Source of the DNA: Myxococcota bacterium | GTDB taxonomy: Bacteria > Myxococcota_A > UBA9160 > SZUA-336 | Length of the DNA: 64,000 nt | Assembly: GCA_965247115.1 (NCBI GenBank) | Contig: CBDFGR010000003.1 | Coordinates: 1 to 64,000, forward strand | Direction of reading: 5' to 3' | In this document: positions 8,178 through 17,715 of the stretch, piece after piece | Position numbering within the stretch: position 1 is the first letter of the stretch | Layout of the letters: each line of letters begins with the position of its first letter | The notes under the pieces: generated by a model | Seen by the model: only the letters and a program-made list of their open reading frames with translations | What the model was told of the DNA's origin: nothing | Database searches by the model: none | Program-made: the position numbers and the translations under genes

Positions 8178-8911
8178 TGGCCGAGCTCCCCCGCATCCGG
8201 AGTCCGCAGCCCCAGATCGCCAACCGGATCTTCCGGGCACTCGAGAGGCGGGAGGCCGATCGTCCGCGGAGCGGAAACCTCACCATGAGCGGCATCGGAG
8301 AGTGCGCTCGCCATCTCTGGGCCGAGCGAAACGAGCACTCGACGCCGAAATCCAGGCCGGGCCGGGTGCTCGCGATCTTCGAGTACGGAAACGCGACCGA
8401 GTCCCATGTGATCGGGCTCCTCCGCCTCGCGGACTACCTGATCGGCGCGGAGCAGCGTCGCGTCACCTGTGATCTCGGCGATGGACTCACACTGCGCGGC
8501 CGGATCGACGGAACGATCCTCCTCGGCAAGAAATATTCCGAACGGCTGGAGGCGCTGCTCGAGGTGAAAAGTGCGAAGGCGTCGCAGTTCGAGGAGTGCA
8601 AGGCGAAGGGCTACGAGAAGTGGAATCCGAAGTACGCGGACCAGCTCCAGATGTACATGGGCGCGGGAGGCTTCCACATCGCCATTGCCTTCGTGTATTG
8701 CAAGGACATCTCCGAGCCCTACGCGGAGAAGATCCGCTTCGAGCCGGAGCGCTACGAGGCCCTGAAGGCGAAGGCACGTCTGATTCTCACTTCCGAGGAG
8801 CCGCCCAAGCGTCCCGATGAGGCGACTTCGCAGTTCTGCAAGTTCTGCAAGTGGTGTGACGCGAACGAGTGGTGCTGGTCGCCCGTCGCGGAGACACGCT
8901 TCGACGACTGA
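8177..8911 (+). CDS. Cas4-like PD-(D/E)XK exonuclease with Fe-S cysteines (phage type)
   Basis: SGIGECARHLW, GRIDG, EVKS, QLQMY, CKFCKWCDANEWC. Confidence 0.85.
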   Translation: MAELPRIRSPQPQIANRIFRALERREADRPRSGNLTMSGIGECARHLWAERNEHSTPKSRPGRVLAIFEYGNATESHVIGLLRLADYLIGAEQRRVTCDLGDGLTLRGRIDGTILLGKKYSERLEALLEVKSAKASQFEECKAKGYEKWNPKYADQLQMYMGAGGFHIAIAFVYCKDISEPYAEKIRFEPERYEALKAKARLILTSEEPPKRPDEATSQFCKFCKWCDANEWCWSPVAETRFDD

Positions 8912-8969
8912 GAGGCCCGTGAGAGAGCTTGCTTGCAATCTCTACCCTGCCCGTAGAACATGGGCTGAC

Positions 8970-10133
8970 GTGGCCAACGATGGACGGGTCACGACCGACC
9001 GCTACCGGGGTCCCCACATCGACTTTCGGTCGGTCAAGTGGCCAGGCAGGACGGAAGGTCGGCGGATCAAGATCAACCGAGCGCCGGGCTACGGTCGCTT
9101 CACGTCAGAGGACGAGGCCGAGAAGTGCCGCCTCGAGATCCTTGCACAGTCTCTTCACAAGCCCCTCTACGACGTGCTCTCCCAGTACCTACGGAGAGAG
9201 ACGCCTGAGAACTCCGCACTCTATCGTTGGAACCATGATTTTCTCCCCGCCAAGTGGGCGAAGCACCAGCGGAAGGGGAAGCCATCGAGGAAGCGCATCT
9301 ACGAGCTCGAGCGCTACGAGCACCGTGGCCATCTCGACTTCTGGGCAGAGATCTCGATCCACTCGGTGAACGAGCCTGCCTTTGAGCGCTGGGTCGCCTG
9401 GCTCGAGACGAAGTTCCCTCACCTCGCACCGAGGACGATCAAGCACCTGGTCGATGACTTCTGGACGTTCCTACGTCACGAGAAGAAGTTCGGCGTGATC
9501 GATCAGGTGCCCGAGCGACCGGAGATCGAGGTCCCGGCACACCAGCCGAAGGTCCCGAACAAGAGCGATCGGGACCGGCTGCTGCGCGCGATCCCGTGGT
9601 CGGAGCGCGGACTGTTCATCGCGCGCACACTCGCTGGGCTCCGCCCGTCCGAGGCCCGGCGCCTCGACGTGGGTGACTACGACTTCCGCGCTGGTGAGCT
9701 TCGCATCCAATCGGTGAAGTCCAAGACGCAGCGCGGCCGCGACCTTCCCATCCGAGATGTGGTTCCAGCTCTAGACGAGTGGATCGTCGAGCACAGAGCC
9801 GAGGCGAAGGCTTGGGAGCCACTCTTCCCGAACCCGCGTGCCGAGAACCCAGAGGGGCGCTGGATGGACCGCGCCGAGCGCCTCGTGTGGACGAGGGCTG
9901 AGAAGATCTGCGGCTTCGAACACATCCGCCCGAACGAGGGGGGTCGCCACTCCTTCGCGACCCACGAGATCGGGGACGGCACCGATGTCTATGCGGTCAA
10001 GGACTGGATGGGACACACCTCTCTCAAGAGCACGGAGCGGTACACCACGATTTCCACCGTGACACTCGCCCGCCGGATGCGACCGAAGCGCGGAACAAAA
10101 TCGGAACAGGAACAGAAAGAGTCTCCTAAGTGA
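8970..10133 (+). CDS. int: Tyrosine integrase 2 (start uncertain, 8919 or 8970)
   Basis: AGLRPSE, KSKT, GGRHSFAT, WMGH, TERY; adjacent to tRNA-Cys. Confidence 0.93.
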   Translation: MANDGRVTTDRYRGPHIDFRSVKWPGRTEGRRIKINRAPGYGRFTSEDEAEKCRLEILAQSLHKPLYDVLSQYLRRETPENSALYRWNHDFLPAKWAKHQRKGKPSRKRIYELERYEHRGHLDFWAEISIHSVNEPAFERWVAWLETKFPHLAPRTIKHLVDDFWTFLRHEKKFGVIDQVPERPEIEVPAHQPKVPNKSDRDRLLRAIPWSERGLFIARTLAGLRPSEARRLDVGDYDFRAGELRIQSVKSKTQRGRDLPIRDVVPALDEWIVEHRAEAKAWEPLFPNPRAENPEGRWMDRAERLVWTRAEKICGFEHIRPNEGGRHSFATHEIGDGTDVYAVKDWMGHTSLKSTERYTTISTVTLARRMRPKRGTKSEQEQKESPK

Positions 10134-10151
10134 CTGTTTCTAAAAGACTAT

Positions 10152-10225
10152 TGGAGGCGGCGACCGGATTCGAACCGGTGATCAGGGCTTTGCAGGCCCA
10201 CGCCTTACCACTTGGCTACGCCGCC
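10152..10225 (-). tRNA. tRNA-Cys(GCA)
   Basis: ggcggcgtagccaagtggtaaggcgtgggcctGCAaagccctgatcaccggttcgaatccggtcgccgcctcca; complete cloverleaf with CCA. Confidence 0.97.
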
Positions 10226-10282
10226 AGAAGAGCTGACACCCCAGAGGAGTTTAGGAGCGCTCTGCACCAGTTCAAGCCGGAA

Positions 10283-10747
10283 TCACAGCTCGTCGAGCGC
10301 GCGGGAGAGGCCGGGGGCAGGGAGCCACTCGCCCCCGCACAGAACCGTGGCGCGACACCCCTCGATCGCCAGGTTGTTCAGCAGGTGGGCCTGTCCCTCG
10401 CGCGTAAATCGGGCAGCGAACCGTCCCTTCACGGTGCAGCGGAATGCGTCGTCGGAATCGATGGACAGGGTCTCGGGTCGCAGTGGCTCCTCGGTCTTGT
10501 CCGTCAGCTCCACGCTTCCGCGCTCGGGGTCATAAGCGACGACCCAGTACGGTGTATCCTCGACCTCGATCTGACCGCGGAAGTGGCCGATGCGCACCAC
10601 GAAGACGCCCTCCTCTTCCGCGAACTCGACGCCGCGCAGGAACGCGCTGTGGAGCCTGGCGTGGGTAACCCTGACACCCTCGTGCCAGAAGGTCATGTCC
10701 GAGCGCAGCATGAGACCGGTGGGGTGGAGGGGGGGCGCGCCCGTCAC
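10283..10747 (-). CDS. DUF1285-like hypothetical protein
   Basis: FWHEGVRVTH...IEVEDTPYWV...ARFTR pattern; GTGA overlap with upstream ORF. Confidence 0.6.
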   Translation of the reverse strand: MTGAPPLHPTGLMLRSDMTFWHEGVRVTHARLHSAFLRGVEFAEEEGVFVVRIGHFRGQIEVEDTPYWVVAYDPERGSVELTDKTEEPLRPETLSIDSDDAFRCTVKGRFAARFTREGQAHLLNNLAIEGCRATVLCGGEWLPAPGLSRALDEL

Positions 10748-10980
10748 AGGCTTTCGGCAGCTCTCGCTCCGTCCGGCTGCTCGAGAATCACCGCGCGGCA
10801 GCCGTAGCGGTGCCAGTAGATCAGACGCCTCGAGCCGTCTTCGAGCAGGTAGACCCACTTCTCGTTCCAGCGCACGCCGTTCTCTTCCCGCGTCCGCGGA
10901 TCGTTGACACTTCCCTGCCACTCGTCCGGCGTGCCCCAGCGCTCGCGCGCCGCGTTATGGGTCAGCTCCTCAGCGGTCAC
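10744..10980 (-). CDS. Small hypothetical protein
   Basis: Overlaps both nuoD and the downstream gene; protein-like composition (WNEKWVY). Confidence 0.65.
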   Translation of the reverse strand: MTAEELTHNAARERWGTPDEWQGSVNDPRTREENGVRWNEKWVYLLEDGSRRLIYWHRYGCRAVILEQPDGARAAESL

Positions 10981-12190
10981 ATTCGCCGCCGATCATGTTG
11001 ATCATGTCGAAGGTGGGAACAATATCGGCCAGCATCCCGCCGACCATCATCTCGCTCATCGGCGCCACGTTGATGAAGCTCGGCGGTCGACAGCGGACCT
11101 TGTAGGGCTTGCCCGTCCCGTCCGATACGATGTAGAAGCCGAGCTCACCGTTGGCCGACTCGATCGCAGAGTAGACCTCGCCCGCTGGAACCTGGATCCC
11201 CTCCGTGACGCCCTTGAACTGCTGAATCAGCTCCTCCATGCGCCCGAAGACGCGGTCCTTCGCGGGCCAGCGGATCTTCGGATCGTCCACGTCGACGGGC
11301 TCTCCGGCAGTCTTGCGAAGCACGGGAATGCACTGCCGGATGATCCGGATGCTCTGGACCACCTCTTCCTGACAGACGAGGAAGCGATCGTAGTTGTCTC
11401 CGATCGTCCCGATGGGGACGTCGAAGTCGAGCTGATCGTAGACGAGGTAGGGCTCAGCCTTGCGCAGGTCGAGGCCCACTCCCGCCGCACGGAGCATCGG
11501 ACCCGTGACCGCGTACTGGATCAGACGTTCCTTGGGGATCATCCCCGTTCGGCGAAACCGATCAACGAAGATCCGGTTTGCAACGATCACCTTGTCGAAG
11601 TCGATCAGCAGCTCCTCGATGCGCACGAGCGACTTCTCCAGCTGGTCCTCGAAGCCCTCCGGGACCTGGCGCTGAAGACCGCCGATCCGGATGTAGTTCG
11701 AGGTGACTCTGGCGCCGCAGAGCATCTCCTGCAGATCCCAGGTGAGCTCGCGTGCCTCGATGCCGTAGAGAAACGGGGTCATCGCGCCGAGCTCGAGGCA
11801 GGCGGCACCGAGCCGTGTCAGGTGATCGCCCACGCGCGAGAGCTCGCTGGCCAGCGTCCGTACCCACAGACAGCGATGCGGGAGCTCGACCTCCAGCAGC
11901 TTCTCGACCGCCATGCAGAACGCGAGGTTGGCCAGGATAGCCGAGTTGTAGTTCAGGCGATCGGTGTAGGGGATTGCCTGGTACCAGGTCCCGCTCTCGC
12001 ACTCCTTCTCGAAGCCGCGGTGCAGGTACCCGACCATCACCTCCATGTCGACGATCGACTCCCCGTCGAGCTCGATCACGATCTTGACCGTGCCGTGAGT
12101 GGCCGGATGCGACGGCCCCATGTTCAGGACCTGGTGATCGGTATGCAGATCGCTCTTGCCGCCGGGATCGAGCTTCTTCGCGGTGACCAC
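10970..12190 (-). CDS. nuoD: NADH-quinone oxidoreductase subunit D
   Basis: NMGPSHPATHG, GYLHRGFEK, YTDRLNY, GELGFY, GGECDR; no NiFe CxxC motifs. Confidence 0.97.
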   Translation of the reverse strand: MVTAKKLDPGGKSDLHTDHQVLNMGPSHPATHGTVKIVIELDGESIVDMEVMVGYLHRGFEKECESGTWYQAIPYTDRLNYNSAILANLAFCMAVEKLLEVELPHRCLWVRTLASELSRVGDHLTRLGAACLELGAMTPFLYGIEARELTWDLQEMLCGARVTSNYIRIGGLQRQVPEGFEDQLEKSLVRIEELLIDFDKVIVANRIFVDRFRRTGMIPKERLIQYAVTGPMLRAAGVGLDLRKAEPYLVYDQLDFDVPIGTIGDNYDRFLVCQEEVVQSIRIIRQCIPVLRKTAGEPVDVDDPKIRWPAKDRVFGRMEELIQQFKGVTEGIQVPAGEVYSAIESANGELGFYIVSDGTGKPYKVRCRPPSFINVAPMSEMMVGGMLADIVPTFDMINMIGGECDR

Positions 12191-12205
12191 GTGCCTCCTC
12201 CTGGC

Positions 12206-12718
12206 CTAGTTCCGCGGCCCGATCAGAGGCTGGCGGCGCTCCTTCGGGTAGTCCTTGCGCAGCGGGTGACCCTCGAATTGCTCGTAGAGCAGGATGCGCT
12301 TGAGATCCGGATGCCCTCGGAAGACGATGCCGTACAGATCCCAGGCCTCTCGCTCCATCCAGTTCGCGGCGGGATAGAGCTCGACCACGGAATCGATCTC
12401 GCAGGGATCTTCGCTGACCCCGGCCTTGACCCGCAGGCGCCTGGAGACGCGCGAGGGGTCGGTTCCGTGCGGCTCCGTGTCGATCGCGGCCAGGTGGTAC
12501 ACGACCTCAAAGCGAGGATCCTGCCCCAGGTAGTCGACGGCGGTGAGGTCCATCAAGAAGTTGAAGCGCAGCTCGGAGTCGCGCAACGTCTGCAACACCG
12601 CTGCGATCCGCTCCGCGTCGACGAGGACGGTCGCATCTCCCAGGCGTGCGTGGGTATCGATCACCGCGTCGCCGAGCAGCTCGCCCACCTGCGCCAGCAG
12701 ATCGTCGGCCGGCATCAC
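12206..12718 (-). CDS. nuoC: NADH-quinone oxidoreductase subunit C
   Basis: ANWMEREAWDLYGIVFRGHPDLKRIL, GHPLRKDYP. Confidence 0.97.
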   Translation of the reverse strand: MMPADDLLAQVGELLGDAVIDTHARLGDATVLVDAERIAAVLQTLRDSELRFNFLMDLTAVDYLGQDPRFEVVYHLAAIDTEPHGTDPSRVSRRLRVKAGVSEDPCEIDSVVELYPAANWMEREAWDLYGIVFRGHPDLKRILLYEQFEGHPLRKDYPKERRQPLIGPRN

Positions 12719-13257
12719 CGGTCGTACTCCTCGCGAATGAAGTCGATGCGGCGCTCGAGCTGCTCCTCGTTGCGCAGGAGGTCCTCAAGATGGAACAGCA
12801 TCGAATCCCGCTCGTAGCCGGCAAGCTCCACGTCCCTGCTCATGACGATGGCCTCCTCCGGGCAGGCCTCTTCACAGAGCCCACAGAACATGCAGCGCGA
12901 CATGTCTATGTCGAAGATATCCGGGACGCGCTCGATCGCCGCGCTGGTCTCCCCTGGAATGATGGTGATGCAGTCGGTCGGGCACGCGAACTCGCACAGG
13001 CCGCAGGCCACGCACTTGGGCTTCCCGTCGTCGAGTGCCACGAGCACCGGATGCCCGCGGAACGCATTCGGGTAGTCGACCCGCTCCTCCGGGTACTGCA
13101 CTACGAACGTCTTCTTCTTACCGACGATGTAGCCACCAAGGTTTCGAAAGAAGACCCGAGCCGTGACGCTGATGCCCACAAAGATCATCGGCAGGTAGAG
13201 ACGCTGCGCCCAGCCGAGTCTCTCTCGCCGACGGACCCGAACCACCTTTCCCGGCAT
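12715..13257 (-). CDS. nuoI: NADH-quinone oxidoreductase subunit I
   Basis: QYPEE; CVACGLCEFACP and CMFCGLCEEACP 4Fe-4S motifs. Confidence 0.95.
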   Translation of the reverse strand: MPGKVVRVRRRERLGWAQRLYLPMIFVGISVTARVFFRNLGGYIVGKKKTFVVQYPEERVDYPNAFRGHPVLVALDDGKPKCVACGLCEFACPTDCITIIPGETSAAIERVPDIFDIDMSRCMFCGLCEEACPEEAIVMSRDVELAGYERDSMLFHLEDLLRNEEQLERRIDFIREEYDR

Positions 13258-13288
13258 CGGAGCACTCCGTTCTGTTGGGGGCGGCGGG

Positions 13289-13316
13289 ATTATAGGCGAC
13301 GGCGTTCCCGAATCAA
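13289..13316 (-). promoter_or_regulatory. Sigma70-type promoter for nuoICD (TTGATT-N16-TATAAT)
   Basis: Plus strand attata at 13289-13294 and aatcaa at 13311-13316. Confidence 0.6.
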
Positions 13317-13426
13317 CGCGAGCCCGGTCCTGTGGGACCCGCGCGCGGGCGGCCGCGCGCTTCCCACCTCCGCTCAGGCCCTCGGCCTTCGCTGCGCGCG
13401 CCGCGTGCGCGGCGCTTGCACCCGAT

Positions 13427-14311
13427 CTACTGGCCCGCCAGCTCTTCCGCGTGGTAGGAGCTGCGGACCAGGGGGCCCGAGGCCACCTTTCGCAAGCCGA
13501 TTCGCCTGGCTTCGTCGGCCCAGAAGTCGAACTCGTCCGGCGTCACGTAGCGCTCGACGGGAAGGTGCACCGGACTCGGCCGGAGGTACTGACCGATCGT
13601 GAGGCGCTCACAGCCGTGTTCCAGAATGTCGACGAGGGCCTGGCGGATCTCGTCCTGCCGCTCCCCCAGCCCCAGCATCAGACCCGTCTTGGTCGGGATG
13701 TCCGGACGCAGCTTGCGCGCGTTCGATAGCACGCCGAGAGACCTGGCGTAGCGTCCTGCTTTTCGTACTGAGCGCTGGAGTCGCTCCACCGTCTCCAGGT
13801 TGTGGTTCAACACGTCGGGCGAGGCATCGAGCACGCTCCGGAGCGCGGCGCGAGAGCCCTTGAAGTCGGGGATCAGCACCTCGACGCGACAGTCCGGGGC
13901 CTGCGAGCGGATCTCGGCTATTGTCCGTGCGAAGTGACCGGCGGCACCATCGGCCAGGTCGTCGCGCGCTACCGAGGTCACGACCGCGAAGCGGAGCTCG
14001 AGCGTGCGCACCGCAGCGCCGACGCGCGCCGGCTCGCCCGGATCGAGCGCTTCGGGCCGGCCGGTCTGCACGTCGCAGAAACCGCAGCGGCGCGTGCACA
14101 GATTGCCCGCGATCATGAAGGTCGCCGTTCCGCGCGCCCAGCACTCGCCAAGGTTCGGACACGAGGCGGACTGGCACACCGTGTTCAGCTGCTGCTCTCG
14201 AACAAGCGTGCGCAGGGCGGTGAGCTGTGGTGTCTGGCGGTAGCGGACACGCAGCCAGGGCGGCCGTTCGGAGTGGCGCGGGGCTTCACCGATCTGCACG
14301 AGCCGGCTCAC
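13427..14311 (-). CDS. lipA: Lipoyl synthase
   Basis: TVCQSASCPNLGEC, CTRRCGFC, RSSYHA. Confidence 0.97.
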   Translation of the reverse strand: MSRLVQIGEAPRHSERPPWLRVRYRQTPQLTALRTLVREQQLNTVCQSASCPNLGECWARGTATFMIAGNLCTRRCGFCDVQTGRPEALDPGEPARVGAAVRTLELRFAVVTSVARDDLADGAAGHFARTIAEIRSQAPDCRVEVLIPDFKGSRAALRSVLDASPDVLNHNLETVERLQRSVRKAGRYARSLGVLSNARKLRPDIPTKTGLMLGLGERQDEIRQALVDILEHGCERLTIGQYLRPSPVHLPVERYVTPDEFDFWADEARRIGLRKVASGPLVRSSYHAEELAGQ

Positions 14312-14952
14312 GAGAATACCTTCCTCAGCTGGAACTCGACCCGCTGCGCGACTTCGGACAGCTCGAGTCGAACGCCAAGCACCTCGCTCATGCTGGTCAT
14401 CTCGACCCCGTCGAGTCCGCACGGAATGATCGCCGAGAAGCGGCGCAGGTCGCAACTGACGTTGAGCGCGAAGCCGTGCATCGTCAACCAGCGCCGCAAG
14501 CCCACCCCGATCGACGCGATCTTGCGCCGCTCGTCCAGCCAGACACCCGCATAGCCGTCCCTGCGGGCGGCAGTGATGCCGAAGTCTGCGAGCACGTCGA
14601 TCAGCACACCCTCCAGCTCGCGCAGGTACGCATGAACGTCACGCCGCGCGCCAAGATCCAGAATCGGATAGCCAACCAGCTGTCCCGGTCCGTGCCAGGT
14701 CACGTCGCCGCCCCGATTGACGCGGAACACCTCGTAGCCGGCGGTTTCGAGCTCGGTGTCGTCGAGCAGCGCGGTGCCCGGCTTTGCAGAGCGCCCGAAC
14801 GTGATCACGTCGGGATGCTCGAGCAGCAAGATCGTATCTCCGACCAGCGCCTGCTCGCGTGCCGCGCGCAGCTCGGTCTGCAGCTCGAGGGCATCCGCGT
14901 ACGGCATGCGCCCGACATGTCTCACATCCAGTACTGGCTCGCAGGCGCTCAT
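14308..14952 (-). CDS. lipB: Octanoyltransferase
   Basis: LLEHPDVIT, RGGDVTWHGPGQLVGY, KIASIG, HGFALN, IIPCG. Confidence 0.97.
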   Translation of the reverse strand: MSACEPVLDVRHVGRMPYADALELQTELRAAREQALVGDTILLLEHPDVITFGRSAKPGTALLDDTELETAGYEVFRVNRGGDVTWHGPGQLVGYPILDLGARRDVHAYLRELEGVLIDVLADFGITAARRDGYAGVWLDERRKIASIGVGLRRWLTMHGFALNVSCDLRRFSAIIPCGLDGVEMTSMSEVLGVRLELSEVAQRVEFQLRKVFS

Positions 14953-14976
14953 CCTGGCGTCAGGCCCTCGCGCTGG

Positions 14977-16254
14977 CTAGAGCTCGAACTCGGCGGCCTC
15001 GAGCTCTCTCGCGACCCGGTATAGGAACCCGTTTCCCGTCACCCCGTCAATGATGCGGTGATCGTAGGAGAGCGCAAGGAACAGCATGGGATGGATGGCA
15101 ATCGTCTCCTCGCCGTCCCGCTCGACCACCACGGGTCTCCTCTTGATCTCGCCCATGCGCAGGATGCCCACCTGGGGCTGGTTGATCACGGCAAAGCCGT
15201 AGAGGTTTCCCTGGCGACCGGGGTTCGTGAGCGTGAACGTGCCGCCCTGCAGCTCGTCCGCCGTGATCTCGCGCTCGCGTGCGCGCCGAGCCAGGTCTTC
15301 GATGCCGTGCGCAAGACCGGTGAGCGAGAGACGGTCCGCGTCCCGCACGACTGGAACGAGCAGCCCGCGTTCCGTCTCCACGGCCACGCCAATGTGTATT
15401 CCGCGGCGCTCGATGATCGACTGCTCGACCACGCTCGCGTTCATGCGCGGAACCTCCTTGAGCGCGCGCACGGTGGCCTGCACGACGAAGGGCAGATACG
15501 TGAGCCCAAAGCCCTGGCTGCTGCGAAACTGCGCTTTTGTTGCCTCGCGCAGCTTCACGAGCCTGTGCAGATCGAGCTCGGCCACGGTCCCCACGTGCGG
15601 CGAGACGGTCTTGCTCACCACCATGTGCTCTGCGATGCGCCGGCGGATGGCCGTGAAGGGGATGACGGTGTCTCCTTCTTTCGGCGCGTACTTCGGGATC
15701 CTCATGCCGCCAAGGAACTCGCCGAGCGTTCCCGGGGCGTCGCTCTGGTGCTGCACCGCCGGCGCCACGGGCGTCGCGACCCGCGTCTGCTGCTGGGGCT
15801 CAACCGGCTGCGGCGCGAGATCTGCCCTGGTCACGCGTCCCGAGACTCCCGAGCCGCTCACCTCGGTGAGATCAATGCCCTCATCCGCTGCCATACGCCG
15901 CGCCAGGGGTGTCGCGCGCACCTGGGGCTCGGGCTCCTCGTGTCGAACGGGCTCGATCGGAGCCGCATCAGCCGCGGCGGTCCTGGCCCTCCCGGCATCT
16001 TCCCCGGCCCCCGCGGCATCTTCCGCGGTGATCACCGCGAGCTTGGCGCCCACCTCGATCGTCTCGCCCTCAGCAACGAGCAGCTGAGTGACAACGCCGG
16101 CTTCCGGAGCGGGAATCTCCGTGTCCACCTTGTCGGTGGTGATCTCACACAGGTTCTGATCCCTGTCGACGCGCTCTCCCTCACGCACCAGCCAGCGCTC
16201 GAGGGTTCCCTCGACCACGCTCTCCCCCATCTGCGGCATCGTGACGACGGCCAT
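14977..16254 (-). CDS. 2-oxoacid dehydrogenase E2 (dihydrolipoamide acyltransferase)
   Basis: Lipoyl domain TTDKVDTEIPAP, binding domain ATPLARRMA, catalytic DHRIIDG. Confidence 0.95.
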   Translation of the reverse strand: MAVVTMPQMGESVVEGTLERWLVREGERVDRDQNLCEITTDKVDTEIPAPEAGVVTQLLVAEGETIEVGAKLAVITAEDAAGAGEDAGRARTAAADAAPIEPVRHEEPEPQVRATPLARRMAADEGIDLTEVSGSGVSGRVTRADLAPQPVEPQQQTRVATPVAPAVQHQSDAPGTLGEFLGGMRIPKYAPKEGDTVIPFTAIRRRIAEHMVVSKTVSPHVGTVAELDLHRLVKLREATKAQFRSSQGFGLTYLPFVVQATVRALKEVPRMNASVVEQSIIERRGIHIGVAVETERGLLVPVVRDADRLSLTGLAHGIEDLARRAREREITADELQGGTFTLTNPGRQGNLYGFAVINQPQVGILRMGEIKRRPVVVERDGEETIAIHPMLFLALSYDHRIIDGVTGNGFLYRVARELEAAEFEL

Positions 16255-16266
16255 AGCAGCTCCCGC

Positions 16267-17652
16267 CTAGAAGTTGATGGCCCGGCCCTCGGCGGCCAGA
16301 GCCGATTCCATGAGGAGCTCCGACAGCGTGGGGTGCGCATGCGTGGTCTCGCCGAGCTCGTGCACGGTCGACTCGAGGGTCATCGCCAGGCCCACCTCGT
16401 TGATGAGCTCGGTCGCGTTCTGACCGATGACGTGACAGCCGAGCAGCTCGCCGTACTTGGCGTCCGTCACCATCTTGACGAAGCCCTCCGTGTGCCCGGT
16501 CCCGACGGCCTTGCCCGACGCCAGGTACGGGACTTTCCCGACGCGCACGTCGTAGCCCTGCTCGCGCGCCTGGGATTCGGTCAACCCGATCGTTGCCACC
16601 TGCGGCTGGCAGTAGATGCAGCCAGGAATCGTTGCCAGGTTCACGCCGTTCTCGCGCTCCCCCGCCATGAACTCGGCCGCGGCAACACCCTGGTGGGACG
16701 CCTTGTGCGCGAGCATCGGAGCACCGATGCAGTCGCCAATGGCCCAGATGCCGGACGCGCTGGTGCGATAGTCCGGGCCCACCTCGATGAACCCGCGCGC
16801 AAGTCCCACGCCGTTCTCCTCGAGTCCGATGCCGTCCGTCTGCGCCACGCGCCCGACCGCGAACAACACCTGCTCCGCCCGCAAAGCTCTCTCTCCCGCC
16901 TCGCTCTCGACGCTCACGATCACCTCGCTCACGCTCGTCTCCAGCGCCTTGTAGGAGGTGCGCGTGGCGATCTCGATACCGCGGCGCTGAAACGAGTTCG
17001 CCAGCGCCTCGGCGACCTCCCGGTCCGTACCGGGGAGAAGCTGATCTGCCATCTCGACCAGCGTGACGCGGGAGCCGTAGGCCGCGTACGCGTAGGCAAA
17101 CTCGGCGCCGACCGCGCCAGCGCCGATGATCACGATCGACTCCGGGAAGTCCCTGGCCTCTAGCGCCTCGCGGCTCGTGAGCACGCGCTTCCCATCCACC
17201 TCGATGCCGGGGAACACGAGCTCGCTGGAACCGGTTGCGAGCAGCACGTTCGTGCCCTCGACCATCCGCTCGTCCTCGCCATTCCGTACCACCACCTGGC
17301 GACCACCGCCGAGGCTGCCGCGGCCCTCGAGCACCTCGATCTTGTTCTTCTTCATCAGGCTCTTGACGCCCGCGTTCAGGCGCCGGGCAGCCTTGCGGCT
17401 CGCGTCGATGACAGCGCCCCAATCCGCGCTGAGACCCTCCACCACGAGCCCCGGAATCCCCCGCTTTACCGCCTCGTAGTGCTCCGCCGCATCGAGAATG
17501 CTCTTGGTCGGGATGCAGCCCCAGTTGAGACACACGCCGCCGAGCGCGTCTTCCTCGACGATCGCAACCCGCAGCCCGAGCTGGGCTGCTCGGATCGCCG
17601 CCACGTAGCCACCGGGACCCGAGCCGATCACGACTAGATCAAAGGACGTCAT
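16267..17652 (-). CDS. lpdA: Dihydrolipoamide dehydrogenase
   Basis: GSGPGGY, GGVCLNWGCIPTK, GAGAVGAE, HAHPTLSE. Confidence 0.97.
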   Translation of the reverse strand: MTSFDLVVIGSGPGGYVAAIRAAQLGLRVAIVEEDALGGVCLNWGCIPTKSILDAAEHYEAVKRGIPGLVVEGLSADWGAVIDASRKAARRLNAGVKSLMKKNKIEVLEGRGSLGGGRQVVVRNGEDERMVEGTNVLLATGSSELVFPGIEVDGKRVLTSREALEARDFPESIVIIGAGAVGAEFAYAYAAYGSRVTLVEMADQLLPGTDREVAEALANSFQRRGIEIATRTSYKALETSVSEVIVSVESEAGERALRAEQVLFAVGRVAQTDGIGLEENGVGLARGFIEVGPDYRTSASGIWAIGDCIGAPMLAHKASHQGVAAAEFMAGERENGVNLATIPGCIYCQPQVATIGLTESQAREQGYDVRVGKVPYLASGKAVGTGHTEGFVKMVTDAKYGELLGCHVIGQNATELINEVGLAMTLESTVHELGETTHAHPTLSELLMESALAAEGRAINF

Positions 17653-17715
17653 GTGCTTCCCGCATCGGGGGGCGGCGGAGTCTCCTTGAGAGGCAGGGAG
17701 AGTGCGGAAGCTGCC

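Larger units (their letters stand above)
1..10151. mobile_element. Right end of a composite temperate prophage integrated at the tRNA-Cys 3' end; left boundary lies outside the window
   Basis: cro/cI pair, two phage recombination modules, excisionase and two tyrosine integrases; integrase 2 ends 18 bp from the tRNA-Cys CCA end; housekeeping genes resume after the tRNA. Confidence 0.9.

Noticed and set aside
8177..8911. Cas4-like gene as evidence of CRISPR-Cas
   Set aside because: No cas1/cas2 and no repeat-spacer array seen; it sits in a standard phage Sak4-SSB-nuclease module
10970..12190. Group 4 NiFe-hydrogenase large subunit
   Set aside because: Lacks both CxxC Ni-binding motifs and has NuoD quinone-site residues
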